The notes below the pieces were generated by a model. That model had not been told where the DNA came from and did no database searches. It worked only from the letters and a program-made list of their open reading frames with translations. 64,000 nucleotides of DNA from Lysobacterales bacterium (GTDB taxonomy: Bacteria > Pseudomonadota > Gammaproteobacteria > Xanthomonadales > Ahniellaceae), in assembly GCA_043738015.1 (NCBI GenBank), contig JAYSZM010000001.1, positions 17,809 through 81,808 of the forward strand, given 5' to 3'. Of the stretch, positions 1 through 9,465 are shown one piece after another (positions within the stretch are counted from its first letter, which is position 1; each line of letters begins with the position of its first letter). The position numbers and the translations under genes were made by a program.

Positions 1-34
1 CGACAGACCGGAGCAGTCGTCTTGGGGAACGATC

Positions 35-1090
35 ATGGTCAGTGCAGACTTTTCCGAAGCCAGGGCCACCGCCGCTGAGCGTGCCGAACGCATCCGCGAC
101 GTGGTCAACGCGGCCGGCGTCGCGCTGCGCCAGCGTCATCCCTGGCTGCACCATCAGGACGCTATCGGCGCTGCGATCCTGCTGCTTGCGTTGGCCGGCA
201 TGATCGGCTCGGGTTATGGCTATGTCAGCGGCTTGCTGCCGGCCTGGCTGACCATCTTGCTGACGGCATTCTTTGCTTCGCTGACGCACGAGCTGGAACA
301 CGATCTGATCCACTGGATGTATTTCCGCTCGCGGCCGTGGGCGCATCACCTGATGCTGGCCCTGTGCTGGCTGGCGCGGCCGAGTACGATCAATCCCTGG
401 ATTCGGCGCGGATTGCATTTCAACCATCACAAGCATTCGGGCATGGAGAACGATCGCGAGGAACGCGGCATCACCAATGGCGAGACCTGGAATTTCGCGC
501 GACTGCTGATGCTCGGCGATGCCGGATTCTCGGCCTGGTGGCGCATCCGCCGATTTCCCGAAGCCGCGCAGCGCCGCACGGCCTGGCGCCGCGTCGCGGC
601 GATCTACTTTCCACTCGGCTGGCTGCACTGGGGACTGTGGTATCTGTTTCTGGCCTGGCAGGCGACTGCGGGGGTCGCTGAGCTGGCTGGCGATCCGATC
701 GCGGTATCAGCGGGCGCAGACGCCTGGTTGCATGGCCTCAACATCCTGATCGTGGTCTGGATCGCGCCCAATGTATTGCGCAGTTTCTGCCTGCATTTCG
801 TCAGCAGCAATATGCACTACTACGGCGATATCGAGCCGGGCAATGTGCTGCAGCAGACCCAGGTGCTGGATGCCTGGTGGACCTGGCCGTTCCAGGCGTT
901 CTGCTGCAATTTCGGCAGCACGCATGCGATCCATCATTTCGTGGTCAAGGAGCCGTTCTATCTGCGCCAGATGACGGCAGGCAAGGCGCACAAGGTGATG
1001 CGCGAGATGGGTGTGCGCTTCAACGATGTCGCCAGTCTGGCCCGCGCCAATCGCTGGCATGGGTCCGAGCGCCGTGGGGCCGAGGCATGA
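35..1090 (+). CDS. fatty acid desaturase family membrane protein
   Basis: 351-aa ORF with three histidine boxes (HELEHDLIHW, HFNHHKH, HAIHHF) and hydrophobic segments. Its stop overlaps the next start (ATGA at 1087-1090). Confidence 0.8.
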   Translation: MVSADFSEARATAAERAERIRDVVNAAGVALRQRHPWLHHQDAIGAAILLLALAGMIGSGYGYVSGLLPAWLTILLTAFFASLTHELEHDLIHWMYFRSRPWAHHLMLALCWLARPSTINPWIRRGLHFNHHKHSGMENDREERGITNGETWNFARLLMLGDAGFSAWWRIRRFPEAAQRRTAWRRVAAIYFPLGWLHWGLWYLFLAWQATAGVAELAGDPIAVSAGADAWLHGLNILIVVWIAPNVLRSFCLHFVSSNMHYYGDIEPGNVLQQTQVLDAWWTWPFQAFCCNFGSTHAIHHFVVKEPFYLRQMTAGKAHKVMREMGVRFNDVASLARANRWHGSERRGAEA

Positions 1091-1524
1091 GCACGCGCGC
1101 CGACTACGGTCATTTCCTCAGCATCGGCACACGCTGGAAGGACAACGACCTTTACGGGCATGTCAACAATGTCGAGTACTACAGCTATTTCGATACCGTG
1201 ATCAACAGTTATCTGATCGCTGTCGGCGGTCTCGATATTCATCACGGCGCGGTGATCGGCGTCTGCGCCGAATCGCACTGCAAGTTCCTTGGTTCGTTGG
1301 CGTTTCCGGCAGCCGTGGATGCTGGTCTACGGGTCGCCCATCTCGGTCGTTCCAGTGTGCGCTACGAGATCGGATTGTTCGCGGCAGGCGATGCGCGAAT
1401 CGCGGCTGAGGGCTGGTTCGTCCATGTGTTTGTCGATCGCGTCTCGCGCCGGCCGATCGAGTTGCCTGACTCGATACGGCAGGCGCTGGCGCGCATCCTT
1501 GTTGCCGATGGCGCCGCAGCGTGA
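1087..1524 (+). CDS. 4HBT/YbgC-like acyl-CoA thioesterase
   Basis: The internal ATG of ORF 877..1524 gives MSTRADYGHF... The motif DLYGHVNNVEYYSYFDT is typical of hotdog-fold thioesterases. ATGA overlap with the upstream gene. Confidence 0.75.
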   Translation: MSTRADYGHFLSIGTRWKDNDLYGHVNNVEYYSYFDTVINSYLIAVGGLDIHHGAVIGVCAESHCKFLGSLAFPAAVDAGLRVAHLGRSSVRYEIGLFAAGDARIAAEGWFVHVFVDRVSRRPIELPDSIRQALARILVADGAAA

Positions 1525-2663
1525 TGGCGCTTGCCGCCGTGTTGCGCAGCATGGGCTTGCCGGCACCGTATGCCGATTCCCGCCCCCTGCAGATTGAACA
1601 ACTCGAGTTGTTGCCACCGGGTCGCAATCAATTGTTGGTGAGGGTGCTGGCGGCTGGGCTCTGTCATTCCGATCTGTCGGTGATCGACGGGTCGCGCCCG
1701 CGACCGCTGCCGATGGTGCTCGGTCACGAGGCGAGTGGAGAGATCATCGCGGTTGGACCCGATACGCCGGGCTATGCGCGCGGTGAGCGTGTGGTCTTCA
1801 GTTTTGTTCCCGGGTGCGGTCATTGCGCACCCTGCGCGACCGGTCGACCGGCGCTGTGCGAACCGGGCGCGCGTGCCAACGTGGCAGGACAGCTGCTCGA
1901 AGGTTCGCGACATTGGCAGGACGCCGGGGCGACCCTGCATCACCATCTCGGCGTATCTGCCTTTGCCGAGTACACCGTGGTGTCGACGCGTTCCGTCGTC
2001 AAGATCGACGCTGATCTCGATCCGGCAATTGCTGCCCTGTTTGGCTGTGCCGTGTTGACCGGTGTTGGCGCGGTCGTCAATACGGCCGCGGCAAGGCCGG
2101 GCGAGAGCCTCGCCGTGATTGGTCTCGGTGGCATTGGTCAATCCGCAATACTCGGCGCGGTGCTCAGCGGATCCTGGCCGATCGTTGCCGTTGATACCCG
2201 CGAGGACAAGATCGCCGCCGCGCTGGCGCTCGGTGCAAGCCATGGTGTGAATGCCTCCGATGAAGACGCCAGCGAACGCATCCGCGCAATCACCGGTGGT
2301 GGCGCCGCGGTCGCGGTCGAATGTGTCGGCAGTGCACGCGCGTTGACGCTGGCCTATGCCGCAACCCGCCGCGGCGGCACCACGGTGACGACCGGGCTGC
2401 CCGATCCCACGCAACAGTTCGCTGTGCCGGCGCTGAGCCTGGTCGCCGAGGAGCGCACGATAAAGGGTTCCTACATGGGATCGTCAGTACCGGCGCGGGA
2501 TATTCCACGCTACATCGCCCTCCATCGAGCGGGCCGCCTTCGCGTCGATGCCCTGTTGACACATCGACTTGCGTTCGAAGACATCAACGCGGGTTTTGAT
2601 CGACTCGCCCGCGGCGAGGCAGTGCGCCAGGTCGTGCTGTTCGATTCGGCGGCTCGCCCATGA
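1524..2663 (+). CDS. zinc-dependent alcohol dehydrogenase (MDR family)
   Basis: GLCHSDLSVIDG...GHEASGEI zinc-ADH signature and a GLGGIGQSA Rossmann motif. The start (GTG 1521 or ATG 1524) overlaps the thioesterase stop. Confidence 0.85.
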   Translation: MALAAVLRSMGLPAPYADSRPLQIEQLELLPPGRNQLLVRVLAAGLCHSDLSVIDGSRPRPLPMVLGHEASGEIIAVGPDTPGYARGERVVFSFVPGCGHCAPCATGRPALCEPGARANVAGQLLEGSRHWQDAGATLHHHLGVSAFAEYTVVSTRSVVKIDADLDPAIAALFGCAVLTGVGAVVNTAAARPGESLAVIGLGGIGQSAILGAVLSGSWPIVAVDTREDKIAAALALGASHGVNASDEDASERIRAITGGGAAVAVECVGSARALTLAYAATRRGGTTVTTGLPDPTQQFAVPALSLVAEERTIKGSYMGSSVPARDIPRYIALHRAGRLRVDALLTHRLAFEDINAGFDRLARGEAVRQVVLFDSAARP

Positions 2664-3940
2664 CGCGCGGGCCCGCAGGCGCTGCGGTCGAGTCGCCAGC
2701 GCGCAACGCCTGGGGACTTTTGCTGGCATTGACCGCACTGAATATCATCAACTTTGCCGATCGATATCTGACCGTCGCATTCTCGACGCGGATCGTGCCC
2801 GAATTGGGGCTGAGCAAATTGCAGTTCGGTCTGCTGACCGGAATCGCCTTCACCCTGGTCTACACCGTGTTCGGCCTGCTGCTCGGCTCGCTCGCTGATC
2901 GCGTGCATCGACCGCGTCTGATCGCCGCTGGCCTGGCGGTGTGGAGTGCGCTCACCGCGGCCACCGGACTGGTCAGGAATTTCCTGCAGATGGCGCTGGC
3001 GCGGATGTTCGTCGGCGTCGGTGAGGCCGCGTTGACACCGGCGGCCTTGTCGATGCTGGCCGATGGCTTCCGGCCTGGACGTCGTGCATTGGCCAATGCG
3101 ATCTATTACCTCGGTATTCCGATCGGCATCGGCGGCAGCTTCATTCTGGCGAGTTTCCTTGGGCCCTGGCTGGGCTGGCGCGGCAGCTTCATGGCACTCG
3201 GTGCACTGGGTGTGGTCGGTGCCTTGCTGGTCGCCCTGCTGATGCGCGATCCCGCGCGCAGTGGCGCAGAAACTCGCGAAAGTCGCGGATCGTTCCGCGC
3301 CAGTTTCGCTGCGATGGCGTATCAGTTGCGGAATAACCGCGTACTGGTCCTGGTTCTGCTCGGTTCGATCGCCGCGACCTGTGCCCAGGGCGCCGCGGTG
3401 CTCGATCTGCTCTGGTGGGTAAACGAGCGTGGCTTCAGCGAGCGCAGTGCGCAGCAATGGAATGGCTCACTGTTTCTGTTTGGCGGCGTCTGCGGTTCAC
3501 TGCTTGGCGGTGTGCTGGCCGATGCAATGCATGCGCGTGTGCCGGCCGGGCGACTGATCTTTCTCGGTATCGCCTATGCGCTCGGCGTGCCGGTAATGCT
3601 GCTGTTTCGTCTGATCGATGTCGAAAGCGCGCTGTTCATGCCGATGGCCTTCATCGGAAATATGGTGTTCATGCTGCTCTACGGGCCGGCCCTGGCGACA
3701 CTTCAGGAAATCGTTCCAGCGGCGCATCGTGGCGCCACCGTGGCCCTGTTCATCCTGGTCACCTCGTTAATCGGTTCGTCCGGCGGTGCCGCCTTGGTCG
3801 GTGCGCTTGCCGATGCCTTTGCTGGCGCAGGCCATGCCCAGCCGATCGGCTGGGCGATCATCGCCACCCAGAGCATCGGTTTGTTGGCTGTGCCGGCCTT
3901 CCTGTGCGCGGCGCGCTACCGGAAGCAGGCGCTGCCGTGA
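2660..3940 (+). CDS. MFS transporter
   Basis: 426 aa with about 12 predicted hydrophobic helices and the MFS loop motif GSLADRVHRPRL. ATGA overlap with the ADH stop. Confidence 0.85.
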   Translation: MTRGPAGAAVESPARNAWGLLLALTALNIINFADRYLTVAFSTRIVPELGLSKLQFGLLTGIAFTLVYTVFGLLLGSLADRVHRPRLIAAGLAVWSALTAATGLVRNFLQMALARMFVGVGEAALTPAALSMLADGFRPGRRALANAIYYLGIPIGIGGSFILASFLGPWLGWRGSFMALGALGVVGALLVALLMRDPARSGAETRESRGSFRASFAAMAYQLRNNRVLVLVLLGSIAATCAQGAAVLDLLWWVNERGFSERSAQQWNGSLFLFGGVCGSLLGGVLADAMHARVPAGRLIFLGIAYALGVPVMLLFRLIDVESALFMPMAFIGNMVFMLLYGPALATLQEIVPAAHRGATVALFILVTSLIGSSGGAALVGALADAFAGAGHAQPIGWAIIATQSIGLLAVPAFLCAARYRKQALP

Positions 3941-4004
3941 GGAATTGTCGCGACACCCGCTTGGAACCCGACAACACAGACCGCTAAACCAGCAGGAGCA
4001 GCCC

Positions 4005-4823
4005 ATGGGCAATCCCAAACGCAGACTCGATCCGGTCAATCTGCAGTCAGAGGAAGATCATCCACAGTTTGTCTCGGCGGCGGCGCGCGGACTGTCGATC
4101 CTGCGCTGCTTCGAGTATGGCGAACAGTTTCTCGGAAACCGTGAGCTGGCTTTGCGCACCGGCCTGCCCAAGCCCACGGTGTCGCGACTGACCTTTACGT
4201 TGGCCTCCCTGGGTTATCTGGCGTATTCGCCCAAGCGCGAGCAGTACTCACTCGGCGTCACCCTGTTATCGATGGGCAATAGCTATGCGCGATCCCATCA
4301 GGTCATTGCGATCGCCAGGCCACTGATGCAGGGCTGCGCAGAAGAACTCGCTGCCACCGTAATGCTCGGCGCGCCCGATGGCCTGCGCATGGTGCTGCTG
4401 GCGATCGCTCATGCCGGCGATTGCCCGATGCTGGAACTCGAACCGGGCACACGTGTGCCCCATGGCCTGACCGCGCTCGGTCGCGCCGATCTGGCAGCGC
4501 GGCCGCCAGCCCTGTTCGAACGCGAGATGAGCGAACTGCGCAATGAATGCCAGCCGTTCGAGTGGCCACGCGTGCGCGATGGCATCCTGCAGGCGCGCGC
4601 CGATGTGGCGCGTCAGGGTTTCTGTTATTCGCTCGGTGCCTGGTGCGCCGATGTCTACGCCGTTGGGGTGCCCATGGTCGCGGCCGATGGCGAGCGCATT
4701 CTCGCCTTCAGTTGCGGCGGCTGTGCGTCCGAGGTCAGTCGTGATGTGCTCACCGACCGGGTGGGTCCGCGCCTGCTGGCGCTGCGCGATTCGGTATACG
4801 CCGCGCTGCGCGGCGTGATCTGA
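4005..4823 (+). CDS. IclR family transcriptional regulator
   Basis: Internal ATG preceded by AGGAG (3994-3998). An N-terminal wHTH (AAARGLSILRCF...LRTGLPKPTVSRLTFTL) is followed by an IclR-type effector domain. Confidence 0.85.
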   Translation: MGNPKRRLDPVNLQSEEDHPQFVSAAARGLSILRCFEYGEQFLGNRELALRTGLPKPTVSRLTFTLASLGYLAYSPKREQYSLGVTLLSMGNSYARSHQVIAIARPLMQGCAEELAATVMLGAPDGLRMVLLAIAHAGDCPMLELEPGTRVPHGLTALGRADLAARPPALFEREMSELRNECQPFEWPRVRDGILQARADVARQGFCYSLGAWCADVYAVGVPMVAADGERILAFSCGGCASEVSRDVLTDRVGPRLLALRDSVYAALRGVI

Positions 4824-4864
4824 ACACGCTACCGACGCGGGTAGTTTCCCCGCCGGTAGCGTGT
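4824..4864. terminator. extended palindromic hairpin between convergent genes
   Basis: An 11-bp perfect inverted repeat, ACACGCTACCG (4824-4834) / CGGTAGCGTGT (4854-4864), with an inner GCGGG/CCCGC stem. It lies between the IclR stop and the TonB receptor stop. It contains the GGTAGCG motif shared with other REP-like elements here. Confidence 0.4.
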
Positions 4865-4890
4865 GGCGACAACCAGAGACAGAAGTTCGG

Positions 4891-7419
4891 TCAAAACTTC
4901 AGTCGCAGCGTTGCGCCATAGGTGCGCGGCGCGGCCAGAAATGCGTTCCATGATCCAGTCTGCAGCGGCGCATCGAAACCGACCTGGATGTATTCCTCGT
5001 CGGTGAGGTTCTGCGCCCAGAATTCCAGCAGCCATTGCTCGTCCTGCGCGCCGATGCCGATGCGCGCATTGACCACGGTGTAATCGCCCTGGCGCTTCTC
5101 GGGATCAAGATCGGAACCGGTGTTGTAGGCCGAAGAATGCTTCGCGCCGAAATTGAACCGGCCGATCAACGAACGTCCCAGCGGTCGCTGGTAACTGAGC
5201 GCCGCTGACGAAGACCACAGCGGAGCGAAGCTGACGCGACTGCCCGGCAGCAGGAACAGATCGGCATCGGGCAGCAGATCGCGGCCGTACTGGGTATCGG
5301 CATAGGTCACGCCGGCCTGCACCAGCAGACCCTCAACCGACGTCTGCCAGAGGATGTCGGCTTCCGCGCCCTGCGATGTCACCTCGGGCACCGACCGCAC
5401 AACAAAGGTCGTACCGAGAAAACTATTGAGCTGGAAATCCTCGTACGCCTGATAGAACAGCGCGCCATTGAGCAGCAGATTGCCGCCCAGCCAGCTGGTC
5501 TTGCTGCCGAGTTCGTAGCTGTCGACAAATTCCGCGGGGAACGAGGTGTCGGTCACCGGAATCACGCCACTGCCACCGCTGGTCAGCCCATTGGAAGATT
5601 GCACGCGATCCAGATTGAAACCGCCAGCTTTGTAGCCGCGCGCCGCCGAGATATAGGTCATCACCTGATCGTTCCAGCGGTACGCGGCCTTCAGCGTTCC
5701 CGACCATTCGTCTTCATCGCGCTCCTGATGGGTCATGCGCCCCGCATGCAGCGGGTTGGACCAGGGCAGGCACATGAAGCCGATCACCGTGGGTACCGTC
5801 GCTGCGAGCGCGGCACCGGGTACGCCGCGGGCGGCAAGTGCGGCGCCGACCCGGCTGGGGTTGGCCAATGCAGCGGCGCAGCCGAGCGAGCCGTTGGGGC
5901 TGCCAAAGCGCGAGTCGACTTCCTTTTCTTCGCGGGTGTAGCGCAGGCCCGCGGTCAGATCGAATGCATCAGTGAGATGGAACGTGTTATTGCTGAACAG
6001 TGCGACGCTGCGTGCATTCTGGTCAAAGCGATCATCGGCACCGTCGCCGACAAAGGTGGTGCCGAAGGGACGGCCGGCCGCCTCGGAGAGAAACAGCGCA
6101 GGGTTGGCCAGATTCACCACGCCCGCCGGAAATGCGCCGGCCACGCGATTCAACAATGCGATGGAAAGATAGGGTTCGTACGCGCTGCCGAGATTGGTCT
6201 GGCCATGTCGCTCCAGATCTTCGTCCGAGTAGAACGCACCGAACATCCAGTCCACGCGGTCGTTGTCGCCAGTCAGACGCAGCTCCTGACTGAAGGTATC
6301 GAATCCGTCGGAGGCTTCCTCGGGACCGAAATCGCGATACCAGATGTCGGCCGTGCTGTAGTCGAGATCGGCGCCATTGATGGTCTGCCAGTCGCGCTTC
6401 GAGGTGATCGAGGTCAGGGTGCTGCCGCCGAACCAGGGCAGGGACCAGTTGGCCTCGGCGGACACGCCCTGATCGTCGACTTTCTGTTGGGTATCGCGAT
6501 TGCTGTAGGCAAGCCGACGAAACGGATCGGCTACCGGGATCACGCCCTCATCGGGCGCGACCGCGTCGACAATGCCGGCGACCGCGCCGCGTACGATGGT
6601 GACCCCGGCGCAGCAACGCTCATCTCTTCGCGTGTAGTCGGCGGCCAGGTTGATATCGAAATCACCACCGGGCGCGATCAGTAATTGCGCGCGCACCGAG
6701 TGGAAGTCCTGGTTGCTGTCTTCATTTGCGGTGCGCGGGCCGGCGCCAGTGCGGACATCGACGAAACCATCGCGTTCGCGTTGGCTGGCGTAAACGCGCA
6801 TCGCCGCTGATTCTCCCAGTGCCGTGTTGAAGGCACCCGAGTAGCCGAGCGCACCATAGTTGCCGACCGTCAACTCACCTTCGAACAGGGTCTCGAACAC
6901 TGGCTTGCGGGTGACCACATTGATGATGCCCGCCGATGTGTTCTTGCCAAACACCGTGCCCTGTGGCCCTTTCAGCACTTCGATGCGTTCGAGTTCGCCA
7001 AGATCGCCGAAGCCGACACCGTTGCGTGCGCGGTAGACGCCGTCGATCACCACGCCGACCGAGGACTCGAGTCCGGTGTTGTCACCGACCGTGCCGACAC
7101 CGCGGATGCGTGCCGTGGTCAGGGCCTCGTTGGCGGTCGAGGTTACGGTCAGGCCGGGCACAACCAGTTGCAGGTCCTTGATGTCGCGTGCGCCCATGTC
7201 ACGCAATAGTTGATCGGATACCACGGTGATCGAGATCGGCACATCCTGCAGTTGTTCTTCGCGTTTCTGGGCGGTGACCGTGATCTCGCTGAGGGTCTTG
7301 GTCGCGCCGGGCGAGTCCTCGGCGCTGTCCGCCGCACCTTGGGCGCCCGTCCCCGAAACGCCGAATAGGGCGGCTAACGCGAGCACAGCGGCCCGTTGAT
7401 TACGTGATCCCTGCAGCAT
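4891..7419 (-). CDS. TonB-dependent outer membrane receptor
   Basis: Signal peptide (MLQGSRNQRAAVLALAALFG), a plug domain (ITVTAQKREEQLQDVPISITV) and a C-terminal beta-barrel ending ...TYGATLRLKF. The start was moved to the ATG at 7419, which has an upstream GGGAGGGG. Confidence 0.9.
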   Translation of the reverse strand: MLQGSRNQRAAVLALAALFGVSGTGAQGAADSAEDSPGATKTLSEITVTAQKREEQLQDVPISITVVSDQLLRDMGARDIKDLQLVVPGLTVTSTANEALTTARIRGVGTVGDNTGLESSVGVVIDGVYRARNGVGFGDLGELERIEVLKGPQGTVFGKNTSAGIINVVTRKPVFETLFEGELTVGNYGALGYSGAFNTALGESAAMRVYASQRERDGFVDVRTGAGPRTANEDSNQDFHSVRAQLLIAPGGDFDINLAADYTRRDERCCAGVTIVRGAVAGIVDAVAPDEGVIPVADPFRRLAYSNRDTQQKVDDQGVSAEANWSLPWFGGSTLTSITSKRDWQTINGADLDYSTADIWYRDFGPEEASDGFDTFSQELRLTGDNDRVDWMFGAFYSDEDLERHGQTNLGSAYEPYLSIALLNRVAGAFPAGVVNLANPALFLSEAAGRPFGTTFVGDGADDRFDQNARSVALFSNNTFHLTDAFDLTAGLRYTREEKEVDSRFGSPNGSLGCAAALANPSRVGAALAARGVPGAALAATVPTVIGFMCLPWSNPLHAGRMTHQERDEDEWSGTLKAAYRWNDQVMTYISAARGYKAGGFNLDRVQSSNGLTSGGSGVIPVTDTSFPAEFVDSYELGSKTSWLGGNLLLNGALFYQAYEDFQLNSFLGTTFVVRSVPEVTSQGAEADILWQTSVEGLLVQAGVTYADTQYGRDLLPDADLFLLPGSRVSFAPLWSSSAALSYQRPLGRSLIGRFNFGAKHSSAYNTGSDLDPEKRQGDYTVVNARIGIGAQDEQWLLEFWAQNLTDEEYIQVGFDAPLQTGSWNAFLAAPRTYGATLRLKF

Positions 7420-7547
7420 GTGAACCCCTCCCAAGGTGGTGAATGGCCGATTGCCGCGCATCGATCAAACTTTGGCGGGTTCCGCGCGGACTGGCGCAGA
7501 TCGCGGTCTCGGATGCCGGCCAACGGACGCTAACAAGCCCGTTTGCG

Positions 7548-7575
7548 GGAAAACGAAACTCTGCACGGGGTGCAG
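7548..7575 (-). terminator. weak candidate rho-independent terminator
   Basis: On the minus strand a CTGCAC-CCC-GTGCAG stem is followed by AGTTTCGTTTTCC. It lies about 85 nt downstream of the 7659 stop. The stem is only 6 bp. Confidence 0.3.
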
Positions 7576-7658
7576 CGCAGGCGGGCATGCGGTTCGGTCT
7601 GAGTCGGGGTCAGCGGCGGATCAGTTCGCCAGGGCAGGGCTGCGCACTGCCGCGTCGC

Positions 7659-8006
7659 TCAAGCGTGTGCTTCGGCTGCCGCCGGCTTGCGCCGGAATAC
7701 CTGGTGATTGCCGGGCTTCGAGCTGGCGCCGCTGTCCTCGGTGCATTCCATCTTCGACTCGAAGCGATCCCGGTCAACATTGAAGCGGGTAAACCGCAGC
7801 TGGCTGAGGCCCTGCGTGGTCTTGAACTCCGCCGTCGTGCCTTGTCCGCCGCCGCCGATCGGTCCGGTCATGACCCGGAGCCGTCCATCGCCGCCGACCG
7901 AGGCCATCTCGATGTGGCCGCGCGCCTCATCGACATAAGAGAGAATTGCGGCACTCGGTTTCATCTCGGGGATATCGCTGCGACCGCTGACCACGCGATC
8001 GGGCAT
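7659..8006 (-). CDS. small hypothetical protein (115 aa), possibly an N-terminally short DUF1579-like fragment
   Basis: Coding-like codon usage with high GC3. No signal peptide. An in-frame TGA at 8058-8060 prevents upstream extension. The family assignment is only a recollection. Confidence 0.45.
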   Translation of the reverse strand: MPDRVVSGRSDIPEMKPSAAILSYVDEARGHIEMASVGGDGRLRVMTGPIGGGGQGTTAEFKTTQGLSQLRFTRFNVDRDRFESKMECTEDSGASSKPGNHQVFRRKPAAAEAHA

Positions 8007-8083
8007 AACCAGGCAAACGCGTAACTTCCCTGGACCGATTTGGCGACCGAGCCATCCTCATTGAGAAATTCGCTGCTGACCAA

Positions 8084-8139
8084 CCGATCCCCGATCACCG
8101 ATCACCGATCCCCGATCCCCGATCCCCGATCCCCGATCC
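8084..8139. repeat. heptanucleotide tandem repeat (CCGATCC/CCGATCA) x8
   Basis: Counted directly: 1x CCGATCC, 2x CCGATCA, 5x CCGATCC, then a partial CCGAG. It lies 78 bp upstream of the ATG at 8006 (minus-strand gene). Confidence 0.95.
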
Positions 8140-8253
8140 CCGAGCGCAGTAGGTCTATCGACTGCTGCAGGGCATCGTCGCTGCGGTCATCCGCCGGCGG
8201 CTGCCGGCTACCAGCAGGAGCAGGCAGCCGATTGATCGAAACATTGCCGACTC

Positions 8254-9222
8254 CTACCCGCATTGCGCGGGCTTGGCGTTCCAGCGATCAGAGCGTTGAC
8301 GATAGAGTTTGCGGATCAGCTCCTGCCACTGCCGCATGGCACGGTCAGTTGCCTTGAGTTTCTTGGGGTCGCGTTCCTTGCTGACGCCCTTGTAGAGATA
8401 GCCATGGAAGTTGTAGCGCGCGCCCGGGATTTCAGCGTGCAGGGCGTTGTGCATCGCATTGATGTTCTTGTAGCCATCGTCGACCAGCACGATGTCGCTG
8501 AACTGCTGAGGATGCTCGAGTTCGGCCAATCGCGAGAACAGTTTGAGCAGCATCTTGCCTTTGTCGCGCCCCGTGGTCATCAGGATTCCGTTCGAGTAGA
8601 CCACCGGCACCGGTCCCTTCGAGCTTGCTTCCATCCAGCTGGTGCCATAGCTCTCGGCAAGAAAATTGCCGGGCAATTGATAGCCAGCACGCTGCAGTTC
8701 GCGCTCGGTGCCGCCGCGGTAGTAGGGATTGCGCGAGGTCAGCAGCAGCTTGGGGAATGACTGCGCGTTGATGAACTCGACGCCGCCTTTTTCGACGGCC
8801 TGCTGGGTGCCGGCCTCATAGTGCAGGGCAATCAGATCGTATTCGCATTGTGGCTTGCCCGGTGTGCCATCGGCGAGCGCGGTCTCCCATTCGTACCAAC
8901 TGTCGCTGCCGAACAAGGTCGATGAAGTCAGCAGGGTGTCGTCGATGTCCAGAACCAGGAGGGTGCGCGCCGGATCGAGTCCAGCCAGGTCGCGTTCGAT
9001 GCTGCGCATCGTCGAGACGCAGCGCAGGGTCGAGCTACCCTTGCTGGTATCCGCAGCAAATTGCATCAGCACATTGCCATCGCAGGCCGCGAGCTCGCTG
9101 TGCTCGTTGAGCGGAGTGGGCATGGGTCCTGGCGGCGCGGCGGGCACCTCGGGCTTCGGGGACATCGGCGCGCAAGCGCAGACGAGCAAGACCAGCAGGG
9201 ACAGCATCGGCAAACGGCTCAT
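8254..9222 (-). CDS. HAD-like phosphatase lipoprotein (DUF2608-like)
   Basis: The start was moved to MSRLPMLSLLVLLVCACAP, a signal peptide with cysteines. HAD motif I is LVLDIDDTLLTS, with a later VLVDDGYKN motif. Confidence 0.6.
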   Translation of the reverse strand: MSRLPMLSLLVLLVCACAPMSPKPEVPAAPPGPMPTPLNEHSELAACDGNVLMQFAADTSKGSSTLRCVSTMRSIERDLAGLDPARTLLVLDIDDTLLTSSTLFGSDSWYEWETALADGTPGKPQCEYDLIALHYEAGTQQAVEKGGVEFINAQSFPKLLLTSRNPYYRGGTERELQRAGYQLPGNFLAESYGTSWMEASSKGPVPVVYSNGILMTTGRDKGKMLLKLFSRLAELEHPQQFSDIVLVDDGYKNINAMHNALHAEIPGARYNFHGYLYKGVSKERDPKKLKATDRAMRQWQELIRKLYRQRSDRWNAKPAQCG

Positions 9223-9465
9223 CAGACGACTCCGGAAGAGAGGAATTCGGTTGCGCTTGCGGCAGCGGGTACCAGGACACGCAGCGGTCGACATCGGTGC
9301 CTGCGGCTGATGCCGGTCCGCCCGCGGCGATTTCTGCGCCAGACAATCGAGACTACGCCGCGCGCCTGTCGAGGGTCAACGTCGGCTGTGTGACAGCGGC
9401 GCCGGCGAGGGGCCATACCCGCGCAGGCCGCACACACCGCCCCGATCCGTCAGTGGCCGGCTGGA

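Noticed and set aside
8084-8139. Possible CRISPR array
   Set aside because: The units are 7 bp with no spacers, so this is a microsatellite and not a CRISPR. The periodic repeats at 44.9-47.7 kb are coding FG-GAP repeats, not an array.
8040-8357. 105-aa plus-strand ORF reading through the heptamer repeat (…RSPITDHRSPIPDPRSPIPDPRSPIPE…)
   Set aside because: Its periodic sequence is simply the translated tandem repeat, and it overlaps the 3' end of the HAD-like gene on the other strand. No support as a gene.
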